A DNA stretch of 42,575 nt, taken from contig JWZX01002845.1 of assembly GCA_001275005.1 (NCBI GenBank), positions 1-42,575 on the forward strand, written 5' to 3'. The notes below the pieces were generated by a model. It worked only from the letters and a program-made list of their open reading frames with translations, made no database searches and was not told the DNA's origin. The first letter of the stretch is position 1; each line of letters opens with the position of its first letter. Source of the stretch: Chrysochromulina tobinii (Eukaryota). The translations under genes and the position numbers were made by a program. Of this stretch, positions 1 through 9,912 are shown piece after piece.

Positions 1-59
1 CTTTAAGAAGGCATCGCGGCACCTCCGTGTGAGGAACACCCGCGCCCTACCGAGGACGC

Positions 60-296
60 ATGCTGCCCCTCTTCGTCACAGCTTCCCTGGCTCAGGACCC
101 GTCGGGAGGGCTGGCGAAGACACCGCCCATGGGCTGGATGTCATGGCAGGCCTTCCGGTGCGAGGTTGATTGCGCAAAGCACCCGCACTCGTGCATCAAT
201 GAGGATCTGTACAAGTCGACGGCGCTCGCCATGAAGGAGGGTGGCTACGTCGAAGCGGGTTACGTGGGTGTGCACATCGACGATTGCTGGGAGGGA
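60..296 (+). pseudogene. 5' fragment of a GH27 alpha-galactosidase/alpha-N-acetylgalactosaminidase, truncated after the DDCW motif
   Basis: Signal-like N-terminus, then LAKTPPMGWMSWQAFRC..DC...P.SCINE and GYVGVHIDDCW, the canonical GH27 N-terminal motifs. Similarity stops right after DDCWEG; the frame ends at 416 in unrelated sequence and there is no GT/GC donor at the junction. Confidence 0.8.
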
Positions 297-1030
297 ACTA
301 CACCGCCGACAATGCTGCCGGTGCGCCACGAGCCTTTCTTGAGTCGCTCGCGGATTGCTTTGAAGCAGCAAGAGACCTCGTGCTTCTTGTCATTGGCGAG
401 TCATTCTTCTTCATAATGCGCGGTGCACTCGCAAAAGCGATCTCACGGATACTTCGCGGCGACGATGGAGGAACCGAGCTTGTTGCCGTCGATAGTAGCC
501 TCCCAGCACCGCGGCCCTGCACTGCAGCGGAACGGCGTGCAGTGCACGCTGTGTTCTTCTCAATGGCATCGGAGATACGCGTGCAGCTCAACGAGCACGA
601 GCAGCCTTCTCACGCGCAGACGCCCCGGCAGCTCGCTGCAGCCAGTCCGCTCGTGCTCAAGCTCCAAGCGCCGACGCCGCCCGCCGCCATGGTCGCCATA
701 CATGGGTGGCTTCTGGGATATCCTTCTATCTTTTGCTATGCGCGCGAGGCGCCAACCGCTGGAACGTCGTGCCTCGGCGGCGTGCCGTTGGCCGTGGTTC
801 AGCTGATAGCAAGCTGTCCGGCTACCCTGCGCACAGCGGGCGCCGCTCAGGTACCTACTTCGCATCTCGTCTGCAGCTTCTCGGTGCTGGCCACGGAGGA
901 GAACGTTGCCGAGAAGCCGATGCTACAGGACTGGCGTGACGATGCCCGTCGACGCTTTGCAGCGCAAACATACTGGCAGCTGGAGCGCATGAGCGTAGAG
1001 ACGCGCGTGCACGAGCACGTCGTCTTGTAA
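296..1030 (+). CDS. C1orf74/UPF0739 (DUF4504)-like protein, apparently lacking its N-terminus
   Basis: LVLLVIGESFFF, VAVDSS..P..C, HGWLLGYP, SCL...PL.V, LVCSFSV, W...RRRF..Q and a C-terminal V.L are recalled features of the C1orf74 family. There is no in-frame ATG before 416. Confidence 0.65.
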   Translation, partial: NYTADNAAGAPRAFLESLADCFEAARDLVLLVIGESFFFIMRGALAKAISRILRGDDGGTELVAVDSSLPAPRPCTAAERRAVHAVFFSMASEIRVQLNEHEQPSHAQTPRQLAAASPLVLKLQAPTPPAAMVAIHGWLLGYPSIFCYAREAPTAGTSCLGGVPLAVVQLIASCPATLRTAGAAQVPTSHLVCSFSVLATEENVAEKPMLQDWRDDARRRFAAQTYWQLERMSVETRVHEHVVL

Positions 1031-1334
1031 TCTTTCGCATTCGTGTCTTGCTCCCACGGCGCCCAGCGCCCAACGTCGGGTCTCGGGTGACAAGTACTCG
1101 AGTACAATGTAAATATCTCACGCACGATCTCACATTAACTACGTAGTAGTACTGAATACTCGCTGGCCCTTCACTCTTTTGCACACCCGGGAAAACAATC
1201 TCACGGTTAGCCATGCACACAGGGCCGCTGATTTGCAAGCGACGAGCGCGCGGTCCTGATCCCGGGTCCGAAACACCCACGTCCGATTCGCCGGAAACGC
1301 ATACTCCAACTAGCAGACGCTGTTCAGGCACCAT

Positions 1335-1958
1335 TCATCTCGCAGCGAGCTTGGCAATCTCAGGACGCCTCATGATGAAGTTGAGCCATGTCGTGGTACC
1401 GTCCACGCGCTGCCGAGCTCCCATCGATTCATAAAATTCGATCGCCTTCGCGTTCCACGAGAGTGCCTGCCATTGCAAACGCGCGCAGCCCCGACTTTCA
1501 GCGACGACCGCCACGCTCTTCAGCAGGAGCGTCCCGCAGCCCGTGCCGCGAGCATTCGGGCGCACGTAAAGGTCTTCGAGATAGAGGCTGAGTCCCTCGA
1601 AGGTGCTGTAACTGTGGTAAAAGAGCGCCATACCAATGGGCGAGCCGTCGTCACGTGCCTCAGCCAACACGCAATCATAGTGGCCGTGCATGAAGGCCGT
1701 CATCATCATCTCTTCCGTGTTCACGACCTCGTGCAGCAGGCCATCGAACTCGGCAAGCTCCCTGACATATGAAAATATGAGCTTCACATCGGAAACGTCG
1801 GCCATGCGAAGGCGCACGGCTGAAGTGGTTGGCAAGGCAAGCGCAGGCCACGATGGGAGCGTCTTCCGCTTACGCAAGAGATAGCCTGCCAATGCGAGCG
1901 CAGCAAGTCCACAGCAGGCCACTAATTCGGCCGACGCCGACCGCGATGGGATCGACAT
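1335..1958 (-). CDS. GNAT acetyltransferase, diamine/spermidine N-acetyltransferase (SSAT)-like, with an N-terminal hydrophobic anchor
   Basis: RELAEFD, GMALFYHSYSTFEG..LYLEDLYV.P.ARG.G.G..L, W..L.WN.KAIEFY..MGA. Confidence 0.9.
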   Translation of the reverse strand: MSIPSRSASAELVACCGLAALALAGYLLRKRKTLPSWPALALPTTSAVRLRMADVSDVKLIFSYVRELAEFDGLLHEVVNTEEMMMTAFMHGHYDCVLAEARDDGSPIGMALFYHSYSTFEGLSLYLEDLYVRPNARGTGCGTLLLKSVAVVAESRGCARLQWQALSWNAKAIEFYESMGARQRVDGTTTWLNFIMRRPEIAKLAAR

Positions 1959-2390
1959 GACCCTTCACAACGACCTCGTGGCGCGGGGGGAGCCGGGACA
2001 CACAAGGGACACACGGGACACGCGGACGCACAAAGGCACACAGACGAATCTCACAACCAACCAAACCCACCAACAACACACACTCCGCACGTCAGCGCGA
2101 CAACCGAAGCCGCGGCCGACTCAACAGCCGCAAGCCCGAAGCCGACCGCTCCCCGCGGCCGACTCAGAAGAGGCCGCCCCCAGCAAACCCGACCCTGCCT
2201 CCGCCCGCTCCCAGGGCGCCTCCCCGCGCCTGCTCAAAGGCGGTCGGCGAACCGGTACCGGTATGTCCCTTACTACCGGGTAACGGGCGTTGCCGATACC
2301 GGTCGACAACTCATTACTCACAAATTCCACAACGTATAGACACGACGCGATGCACACAATTCACACACACACGCACACACGCTACCCGCG

Positions 2391-3556
2391 ATGACTCCGG
2401 CCGGGGTTCGCAACGAGTCCTGCATGCTACGCGTCGCCCTGGCCACCCTTTGGGACGGCGGTGAGAGGTACCGCTGCGCCTTGCCGCTCTGGTGCCGCAG
2501 TGCACAGGCCCTCCAGGCGACGATCGGCGGCGGCTTGCAAACGATCATCATAAGTCCGGTTAGTGGGTGGGACGAGTGCGGCAGCGCGGTGCGGACCTGG
2601 TCCTATGAGCTGGTTGACGCCATACAGGCTTACTCGCGTGGCAAGCTTGACGGGAGCTACCTCCAATTGATGAAGCTCATTATCTTCTCGCTCACCACAT
2701 TTCATGTGGTCATCTTCACAGACTTAGACACTGATCCGCACAACGAGTGGCGCGGCGTAGACAGGCGCGGCGTCGCCCAGTGGGTGCCGTCGCTCACGGC
2801 ATTCAACATCTCTCGCGCGCTGTTCGCCTGCACGGCAGACCACCAGTCGCCGGTAAACGGTGGCGCGTTGGTGGTCAAGCCTCGTGAGTGGCTATACGCC
2901 GAAGCATTGGAGACGCTGCGGCGCAACCTCAGCTTCGATCCCACTCTCGGCTTCAACAGCGTCGGCCGGCCGCGATCGTTGCACCCGAAAACGGGCCTGA
3001 TTTCAGAGGGTTCGGGCATGAGTGCCGACGCCGTCGCCAGCAAGCTCAACAAGACAGTCATGTTCAGCACTGACTCGTGGCGATTCGTGGGGTCGAACGT
3101 CGACCAGTGCGCCTGCCATGCACCTGCCAGATTTGCCAGCCTGCAAGAATCCTCCCTCTCCAAGTGTCTTCCCTCACGCACACACGTGCGCGTCCGCGTG
3201 CTCGCAGGGGCTTCCTTTGGTACTTGCTGTACGTGCGTCATAGCCTGGGCACGTGGACCAGCCCTAGGTCCAGCCTGTGGGTTGCGCATTACTGGGGCCC
3301 GTATAAACCATGGCGTGAGGGCGGCCTCAAGAGCCCGTCGTCTGTTGCTCACTACCTCCGGCAGCGACTGGGTGCAAACGAGACCAACACATCACGATGC
3401 GTGGGTGCCCTGCTTGATTTGCGCAATAAGGGGATTGCCATCCACGACTCCCGCAGAAGAAACAGCAGTGCCAGTGGCGTTGGCGGCTTTCTCGCATTGG
3501 CCGCGAAGGCCTACAAGAACATTGAATTTCAGCCGTTGCTGCCGTATGCGGGGTGA
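2391..3556 (+). CDS. Glycosyltransferase family 8-like protein; exons 2391-3106 and 3208-3556
   Basis: KL.IFSLT.F..VIF.DLD (DxD), NGG.LV.KP. A GT-AG intron at 3107-3207 restores DQGFLW, followed by HYWGPYKPW. The true start is uncertain. Confidence 0.75.
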
Positions 3557-3635
3557 GGCGGGTCCAAAATAGGTAGGAAACACGGGAAACGCGTCCCTAA
3601 AAAGGACCGTCGTGCGTCGAGTCGGCTTTCGACAC

Positions 3636-4778
3636 ATGCGCCTTCTGCTCCATCTCCTCGTTGGGGCTGGCATTGTCGACGCTTGGCCTTCCTTATTGCT
3701 CTCCGACCCAGATCCTTCACTACTCCCAAATGTGCTGTCATCCGCGCAGTACCTGGCTCCGGACAGGAAGCCGATCCTCGCCGTCCGGTACATGGTCCTC
3801 GATTCTGAGTTCGAACGCGCCGAGCACATGCAGGCGATGCTCGATGATGTGGTGGGGAGCAAGCTCGGGGGGTCGATGCTCCCAATGGATATTGATGTGA
3901 AGCCCTTTCGAGGTGTAACCTCGGTGAATACGACGGCCAGCGAGCCGCTCACCCCGGCGACGGCGTGCCAGCTCTCACCAAACTCAGCGTTCGACTCGGA
4001 ACATGCCCTTCAGCTCGAACAGCGCTACACACAAACCTACGAGGCGATGGCCATGTGCAAGTACCCGTACCAAAACTGCCCGCAGCGCGACGAGATCACG
4101 CGATGCCGGGTGGTTGGCTGCGCCATGGCGCATCTCTCCTCCCTCATGGACTTTATCAACGGGAGCGCGAGCAACGCCGACTACCTGCTCAACCTGGAGG
4201 ACGACGTGGTGATCACGCGGGAGCTCGTTGAGCAGCTTCCGAGCATCCTCGCCAACCTGCCCGCCGACTGGCACCTGCTGCGCTTCAACACGTGGAACCA
4301 GGCGGATGACAAAGATCGCATCGCGCCTGGATCGCCTCTGTACTTGGCGCGCATGCCCCCCTTGGGAAGTTTGGATCGGTTCCAGAACTACATGGGCTCC
4401 TCGGTCGAGGTGTACCAGAGGAGAACCGCCGCGGCCGCGCTGGAGGCACTCATCCGCAATGGAGTGGGCGACATCGATTTTGGGATGGCGCGTGTGGAGC
4501 CTAGCGCGGAGCAGACGTTCAAGTCGTACGTGTACTGGCAGTCTCCGACGACGCTGACGCCCCCGCTCGCATTCACCAACGAGGCCGACGCGAAGGTGGG
4601 TAGCGTCCATTTCGGGCTGCGCCAATCCACCCTCTTCGAGCGCTCGTACAGGGACTCTCTCGAGGGTTCTCGGGAGTTCGCGCACGTCTCCGAATGGGCT
4701 CATTTGCACAAGGCGCAGCCCGCGCCAGTACGCTTGAACACCTTCTGGAAGCGCGCCGGAAACCCCGGACCGCTGTGA
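3636..4778 (+). CDS. Secreted glycosyltransferase family 25-like protein
   Basis: Signal peptide MRLLLHLLVGAGIVDA; ERAEHM, GCAMAH, LLNLEDDV, LP.DW.LLR, IDF are GT25-like motifs. Confidence 0.7.
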   Translation: MRLLLHLLVGAGIVDAWPSLLLSDPDPSLLPNVLSSAQYLAPDRKPILAVRYMVLDSEFERAEHMQAMLDDVVGSKLGGSMLPMDIDVKPFRGVTSVNTTASEPLTPATACQLSPNSAFDSEHALQLEQRYTQTYEAMAMCKYPYQNCPQRDEITRCRVVGCAMAHLSSLMDFINGSASNADYLLNLEDDVVITRELVEQLPSILANLPADWHLLRFNTWNQADDKDRIAPGSPLYLARMPPLGSLDRFQNYMGSSVEVYQRRTAAAALEALIRNGVGDIDFGMARVEPSAEQTFKSYVYWQSPTTLTPPLAFTNEADAKVGSVHFGLRQSTLFERSYRDSLEGSREFAHVSEWAHLHKAQPAPVRLNTFWKRAGNPGPL

Positions 4779-5516
4779 ATGAGCACGGAACGCTGTGAAT
4801 GAGCACACTCAAGACTTCCGACGTCCCATAGATCAACCATTACTAATACGTTCCATTCTTCCGACGTACTTTAACCGTACTAGGCGACAAGCAGATGCCT
4901 GTGGCGGGCGCTGTGACGGGCAGCTGAAAGAGCCGCTTGAAAAAGGCGCAGTTCCCGTCGCCCAAACACTTCCAACGGTGAGGGCTGAGGCGCGTTGGTA
5001 TAATTATGGCGGCGCGGTGGTCGCGGTGGGGCATGCGATGGGGGTGGCGGGTCCGCGCGGTGCTCGGCCGGTCACTGTACTCAGTACTGACGCGACACGG
5101 GTCACGGCCCGCGCCGGGCGGCCCGGCGCCCAGAGCCGGCCCACCGCGCGCCGCCCGGCCGGTCGCGGCGGGTAAGCTGCTGCTCGCTCTCTGTGACGCT
5201 CTCTGTACTCGTCTTACAAAGATCGATAACGGCTTATTAGAAAAATACCACGCGCACCAGGTCTATCGCCCTCGGTCTACGGACTACGCTCGCCACTCAA
5301 GACGGTCTGCGGACTTGTGCGCGGTTGTGGTAATATCGTATGGCGGGTCGTGAAAACCCGGGACGGTGTCAGAGAGTCAGACACGCCGCACGACGTGGGG
5401 TTCTGACAGACCCGGTCGCCGCGCCTAACGAAAAGAAGCGAGCGTCATCGACATCATCGTGCCTGTGAACCGCACGTGTGTCGCGCGTGTATCAGCTCAC
5501 AGCACACGCTCGCGCC

Positions 5517-7066
5517 TCACGCAATGTCGGCGTGCGCTCGACTGCCTCCGAGCGGTGGCGGCCTCCTGGGCGCCGCCTCGGACTCCGGCCGGCGCAGCGG
5601 CGAGAGCGCCGCCGCCCCGTTGGCCATGGCCTCCTCAGAATCCATTCGAAGTGATCGCGACGCTTGCATCTTGATGGTGTCAGCATGCTCCGCGGTCTGA
5701 CCGACCTTGAGGAGGGCGGAGGCGCCAAGGCCCTGTGTTTGGGTCAGCGGTTCGAGCGAACTTGGCCCCATCGAAGGCCTGCTCACCGAGGCGAGCAGAT
5801 CGCGTCCCGTCTTGCCGCGCGCAAACACAGAGGCTCGATCTCCGCGATCTCCGCGATCTCCGCGATCTCCGCGATCTCCGCGATCTCCGCGATCTCCGCG
5901 ATCTTCCTCCGCCGGCGGCTGGCCTGCACTACTCCCCAAGTCCGGTGAGGTTGCCGGTCGCTTTGGTGGACTCCTCGACTTGTCCTTCTTGGGCCCGATG
6001 ATGAGGGTGCCAAACTTGCGTGGGCGCGCCGCCATCTCTGCCGCGTGGATCGCTTCCTTCAGGGTGGGTAACAAGACCTCGTTCGACTTGGACCTTGAGA
6101 GTTCCGTCGAAGGCGGGAGTTGGGCACCGGATCGGATGCGCAGCTCGTTCGAAAAGGAGCGGCGCAACGTGTCCTTGGTGGGCACGTGCGGCTTCGCGCG
6201 CCCCACCCGGTTGTAGTAACCCATGAACGACACCGTCGCGTTCGGCGGCGGGTCTTTGCCTACGGCCACGCCAGCCGCCTCGAAAAACTGGGAGATTGCG
6301 ACTCGAGGCAATTAGAGGTCATCAGAAGAAATTAGAGGTCATCCGAAGAAATTAGAGGTCATCAGAGGCAATTAGATGTCATCATATGCAATCAGAGGTC
6401 ATCAGAGGCAATCAGAGGCTATTGGCGGACCTGCTTCGTGATCTCGCCGAGGTTGCCGGCGCCCTCGCGCTCGAAGAGCGTGGTCATGGCCTCGTCGAGC
6501 GTGACCAGGCCGGAGCAGTCGCGGTCCATCAGCAGGAACTCGACGATCGAGTAGAAGCGCTTCGGCTCAAACCCGCTCTCGTCGAGCTGTGAGCGCTTAT
6601 ACGTCGTCAGGTAGTCGCTCAACGACAGCCGGCCGCTCATGTTGTCGTCCACCTCCCACAGGACCTCGCGCACCTCCTGCCGGGTGAGCTTGCCGCCGAT
6701 GCGCTTCTGCGCCTCGAAGAGCTCCTCCACGTCGATGTACCCATCCTCGCCCAGGTCGAGCGTGCGGAAGACGCGCTTCAGGTTGGACGTCGTCAGGAAG
6801 CGCTTGCGCCGCTCATTGGCGTCGAGCTTCTCGACGGGCTCCTCACCCTCTGTGTCGGAGGCCTGGGCGCGAGATTTGACCTCGGTGAAGCCCTCCATCT
6901 GCACTTTCGCATACGAGCCCGGCGGCGGCGGGATGATCGGGTAGTGCCTCTGTATCATCTGGAGCTTGTGCGGCGGAATGGCCGTGAGCCGCTTGAGCGT
7001 CGTGCGCGTGAGCTTTACGCGCGGACGCCCGGGTGCCGTCGCCGCACGTGGTGGGAGGTCGTCCAT
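5517..7066 (-). CDS. EF-hand (calmodulin-like) protein with a low-complexity C-terminal tail; exons 7066-6431 and 6287-5517
   Basis: Three EF loops: DLGEDGYIDVEE, DDNMSGRLSLSD and DRDCSGLVTLDE. A GT-AG intron at 6430-6288 joins TKQ|FFE in frame. Confidence 0.8.
5836..5904. repeat. 9-bp coding tandem repeat (cgatctccg) x~7, encoding (GDR)n on the minus strand
   Basis: Perfect tandem array read directly from the sequence. Confidence 0.95.
6288..6430 (-). other. Spliceosomal intron filled with agaggtcatc/agaggcaatt minisatellite
   Basis: GT...CAG boundaries; the sense strand repeats CTGAT/CTAAT words. Confidence 0.85.
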
Positions 7067-7280
7067 ACTCCTGCGCAATCGGAGGCGTGCGCGTGAGGGC
7101 GTTGCCGGACGGCAAGCAGCGAAACACTGTGCATATTGCACCTGAACCTGTACCACACGCCGTGTTGAGCAATCTCGTCAGAAGCACATCACAATCACCG
7201 CCGTCATGCGAAATTCCGTCATGCGATATTGAAACGCGCTTTGTCTGCCGAAAATTTTAACGCTGTCTCGGGCGTTTTCG

Positions 7281-8810
7281 ATGGGCGATACGCACATGGT
7301 GCGCGTGAAGCGCGACCTATGGCCGTCTTGGCCGCGGTGTTGCAGCAGCGAGTTCATCAGCACCAGGAATGGGCCCTCTGTAATAAACCTGCTACGCCGG
7401 TGCCGCGGCCGCCGACGACCAGCAGCTCGAGCAAGCGATACGCACTTTGTGGCCGTGAGCGATGGGCACTCTGAACGTTTGGCTGCCGGCGCCGACGAAG
7501 ATTCCTCCTGGTCACCCACATGGATCACCTGCGCACTCAACGCGACCATCGACGGAGCCGCTGTGTGCGCAATCGACGGCCTCGTGAGCGAGTCGCAGCG
7601 TCGAGAGCTCCTAGGCTTCTTGACAGGTGATCTGGCAGACGAGGTCGCTGCAGCAGAGACGGAAGAGCCAAACCCGACACGCTGGGACAAGAAGACCAGC
7701 GATTCCGTCGGCCTGCCGCCGAGCTTTGGGCTGCGCCAGGAGCTGCTGCGGAGCCTCGAGTCAGCGCCTTCGAAGGCGGTTCGTCAGATACAGCGCCGCC
7801 TCGAGCGCCTGTATCCCGAGTACGAGATCCGTCCGATGCCCCACTTTCGCGAGGGAGGAGGCAGTGGCGAAGGAGGAGGCAGTGGCGAAGGAGGAGGCAG
7901 TGGCGAAGGAGGAGGCAGTGGCGAAGGAGGAGGCAGTGGCGAAGGAGGAGGCAGTGGCGAAGGAGGAGGCAGTGGCAAAGGAGGAGGCGATGGCGAGGTC
8001 ATCGGCGACGGCGACGGAGGCTCTCGCACACCCGAATCAGGGAGCTACACTCGAACGAGTTTCGTCGCGAATGCCGCCGTGGCGGGTGATTGTTTCCAAT
8101 GGCACGTGGACGCCGACCCCCGCTGCCTGCCCTCCCCCTCATCTGAGACGACGGCGCGCTGGCATGCGGCACATGGCGGCGCGTATTCCAACGGCACGAG
8201 AGGCAAGCCGCTCTTCGTCAGCCTCATCGTGTGCGCAGAGTCACCTGTCATATGAGGCGTGTTGTGGATTGCTGAGGGCCTCTGGCTGCCTCGGGATGCC
8301 TCGGGATGCCACTGACTGATGATGAGCTACTCGTACCTTCACATTCACATTCACAGCTACTCGTACCTCAGCCTCATGCCCACCCATGGCCTCCCTCATG
8401 CCAGGTATCCCGATGCCGAATGGCGACGCGAGTGGGATGCCGAGACGCTCTTCTTGCAGAGTCAGCGCGGCGTGGGGCTGCTGGTTCAACCGCGCCCAGG
8501 GCGCGCAGTGCTCATGCACCAGGAGGTGCTCCACCGCGTGTCTACTCCCTCGCTCCTCGCGCACCGTCCGCGCTACTCGATTGTGTGGAAGCTCGTCTTC
8601 GTGCCCAGGATGGCGGCTACGGCGGCTGTGGCGACAAGTAGTACGAGTAGGCCATCTCGAGGCGGCGGCATGGGTGGGGGTAGTGTTAGTGGCGGTGGAG
8701 GAGGGGCCCATGGGATGTCCCATAGTGGGGCCTCAGCTGGCAGTCTACTCGCCGGCGGCGGCGGAGAGAGCATCCTCCGCGCCGAATGGGGCGAGCCGTT
8801 GCGGCTGTGA
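7281..8810 (+). CDS. 2OG-Fe(II) oxygenase (prolyl-4-hydroxylase-like); exons ~7281-8230 and 8405-8810
   Basis: FQWHVDADP (HxD). An intron at 8231-8404 gives SLIV|YPDAEWRREWDAETLF, followed by V.PRPGR.VL, LHRV and RYS.VWKL (distal His and 2OG-binding RxS). The start codon is uncertain. Confidence 0.8.
7854..7997 (+). repeat. 18-bp coding tandem repeat encoding (GGGSGE) x~8
   Basis: ggaggaggcagtggcgaa array inside the oxygenase exon. Confidence 0.95.
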
Positions 8811-8899
8811 CGAAAATAGCCTTCACATCCCTTTTGCCAACACGGCGCCTTCGCGAATAAATGAAGGCAATCTCCCGAGCTAAGATTTTGAAGAAAGCA

Positions 8900-9595
8900 A
8901 TGTACGACGCTGGATGCGCGCGCGGCCCGAGTCGCTTGCGCCCACATCACGCGAGCTGACCTCCCGAGCAGCTTGCGCCCACAGCACGCGAGCTGACCTC
9001 GCACGACGTTCGCTTCGCGTGCAGGTCGCTGTCGCTCTTCTCTGCCACCGCCGCGTTCAACGCGCCGGCGTTCCATGCGCCGGTCGCCAGCCGCGCTGCC
9101 GCTGCTGCGATGGCTGCGCCGGACATCAACAAGATGATCGGCAAGTACTCGGTGAAGGGCACCGTCTACGACCCGCTGGGCCTGAGCACCAAGTACGACC
9201 TCAACTGGATGCGCGAGGCCGAGCTGAAGCACGGCCGCCTGTGCATGCTTGCGGTCGTTGGCTGGCTGACGGTCGACGCAGGCATCACCTTCCCGGGTCC
9301 GGCGTTTGAGGGCATCAAGTCGATCGCTGCGCACGACGCGGCGGTCAAGAGCGGCTGGATGTGGGCGCTGCTCGCCAGCGTGAGCGCGCTCGAGGCTATC
9401 CACATGTCGGTTGTCGTGCCGAAGCTCGACGGCGACTGGGGCGATTGGGAGCCGGGCAACTATGGCGTTGACCCGCTCAAAATGGCGACTGAGAACCGCA
9501 AGATCGCGGAGCTCAAAAACGGCCGCCTCGCGATGCTTGGGTTCAGCGGCCTCGTCACGCAGGCGGCGCTCGGCTACCCCGACTGGCCCCAATAA
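8900..9595 (+). CDS. Light-harvesting complex (fucoxanthin-chlorophyll a/c binding) protein; exons 8900-8901 and 9025-9595
   Basis: YDPLGLS, REAELKHGRLCMLA, PGNYGVDPL, AELKNGRLAML. Splicing 8902-9024 gives AT|G and the presequence MSLSLFSATAA-FNAP. Confidence 0.93.
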
Positions 9596-9912
9596 ACAGC
9601 TCCAAAGTTGCCGCTCTGCCACGCCAGATCGGGATACCGGCGGTCAGGTCGCACGCCGTGGAGCTCCACACGTCCACTCCTGTGTAGTAAATGAGCATTC
9701 CTCGTTGTCATTTCCAAACGCACCGCCCGTGACAACGCGGGCCGAGTGTCGCATATCGTCCTCCGTCCCCGAGCACGTCGGAGGGCCGTCTCGCCGACGG
9801 AGCAGTGTGTGATCGCCACCTCAGACCCGAATGCCCTCCCGGCTCGAGTGTTCCGTGAGCTCCGCTGGCACCGCTGCAGTCTCACTGGCCTCTCTCGCGT
9901 GCAGGAACAAAA

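Noticed and set aside
1957..2283. 108-aa plus-strand ORF and other short ORFs in intergenic spacers
   Set aside because: Low-complexity translations of CA-rich non-coding sequence with no family motifs.
2251..2310. accggtaccggt palindrome and nearby accgg words in the GNAT/GT8 divergent spacer
   Set aside because: Too short to support a regulatory or transposon call without genome-wide statistics.
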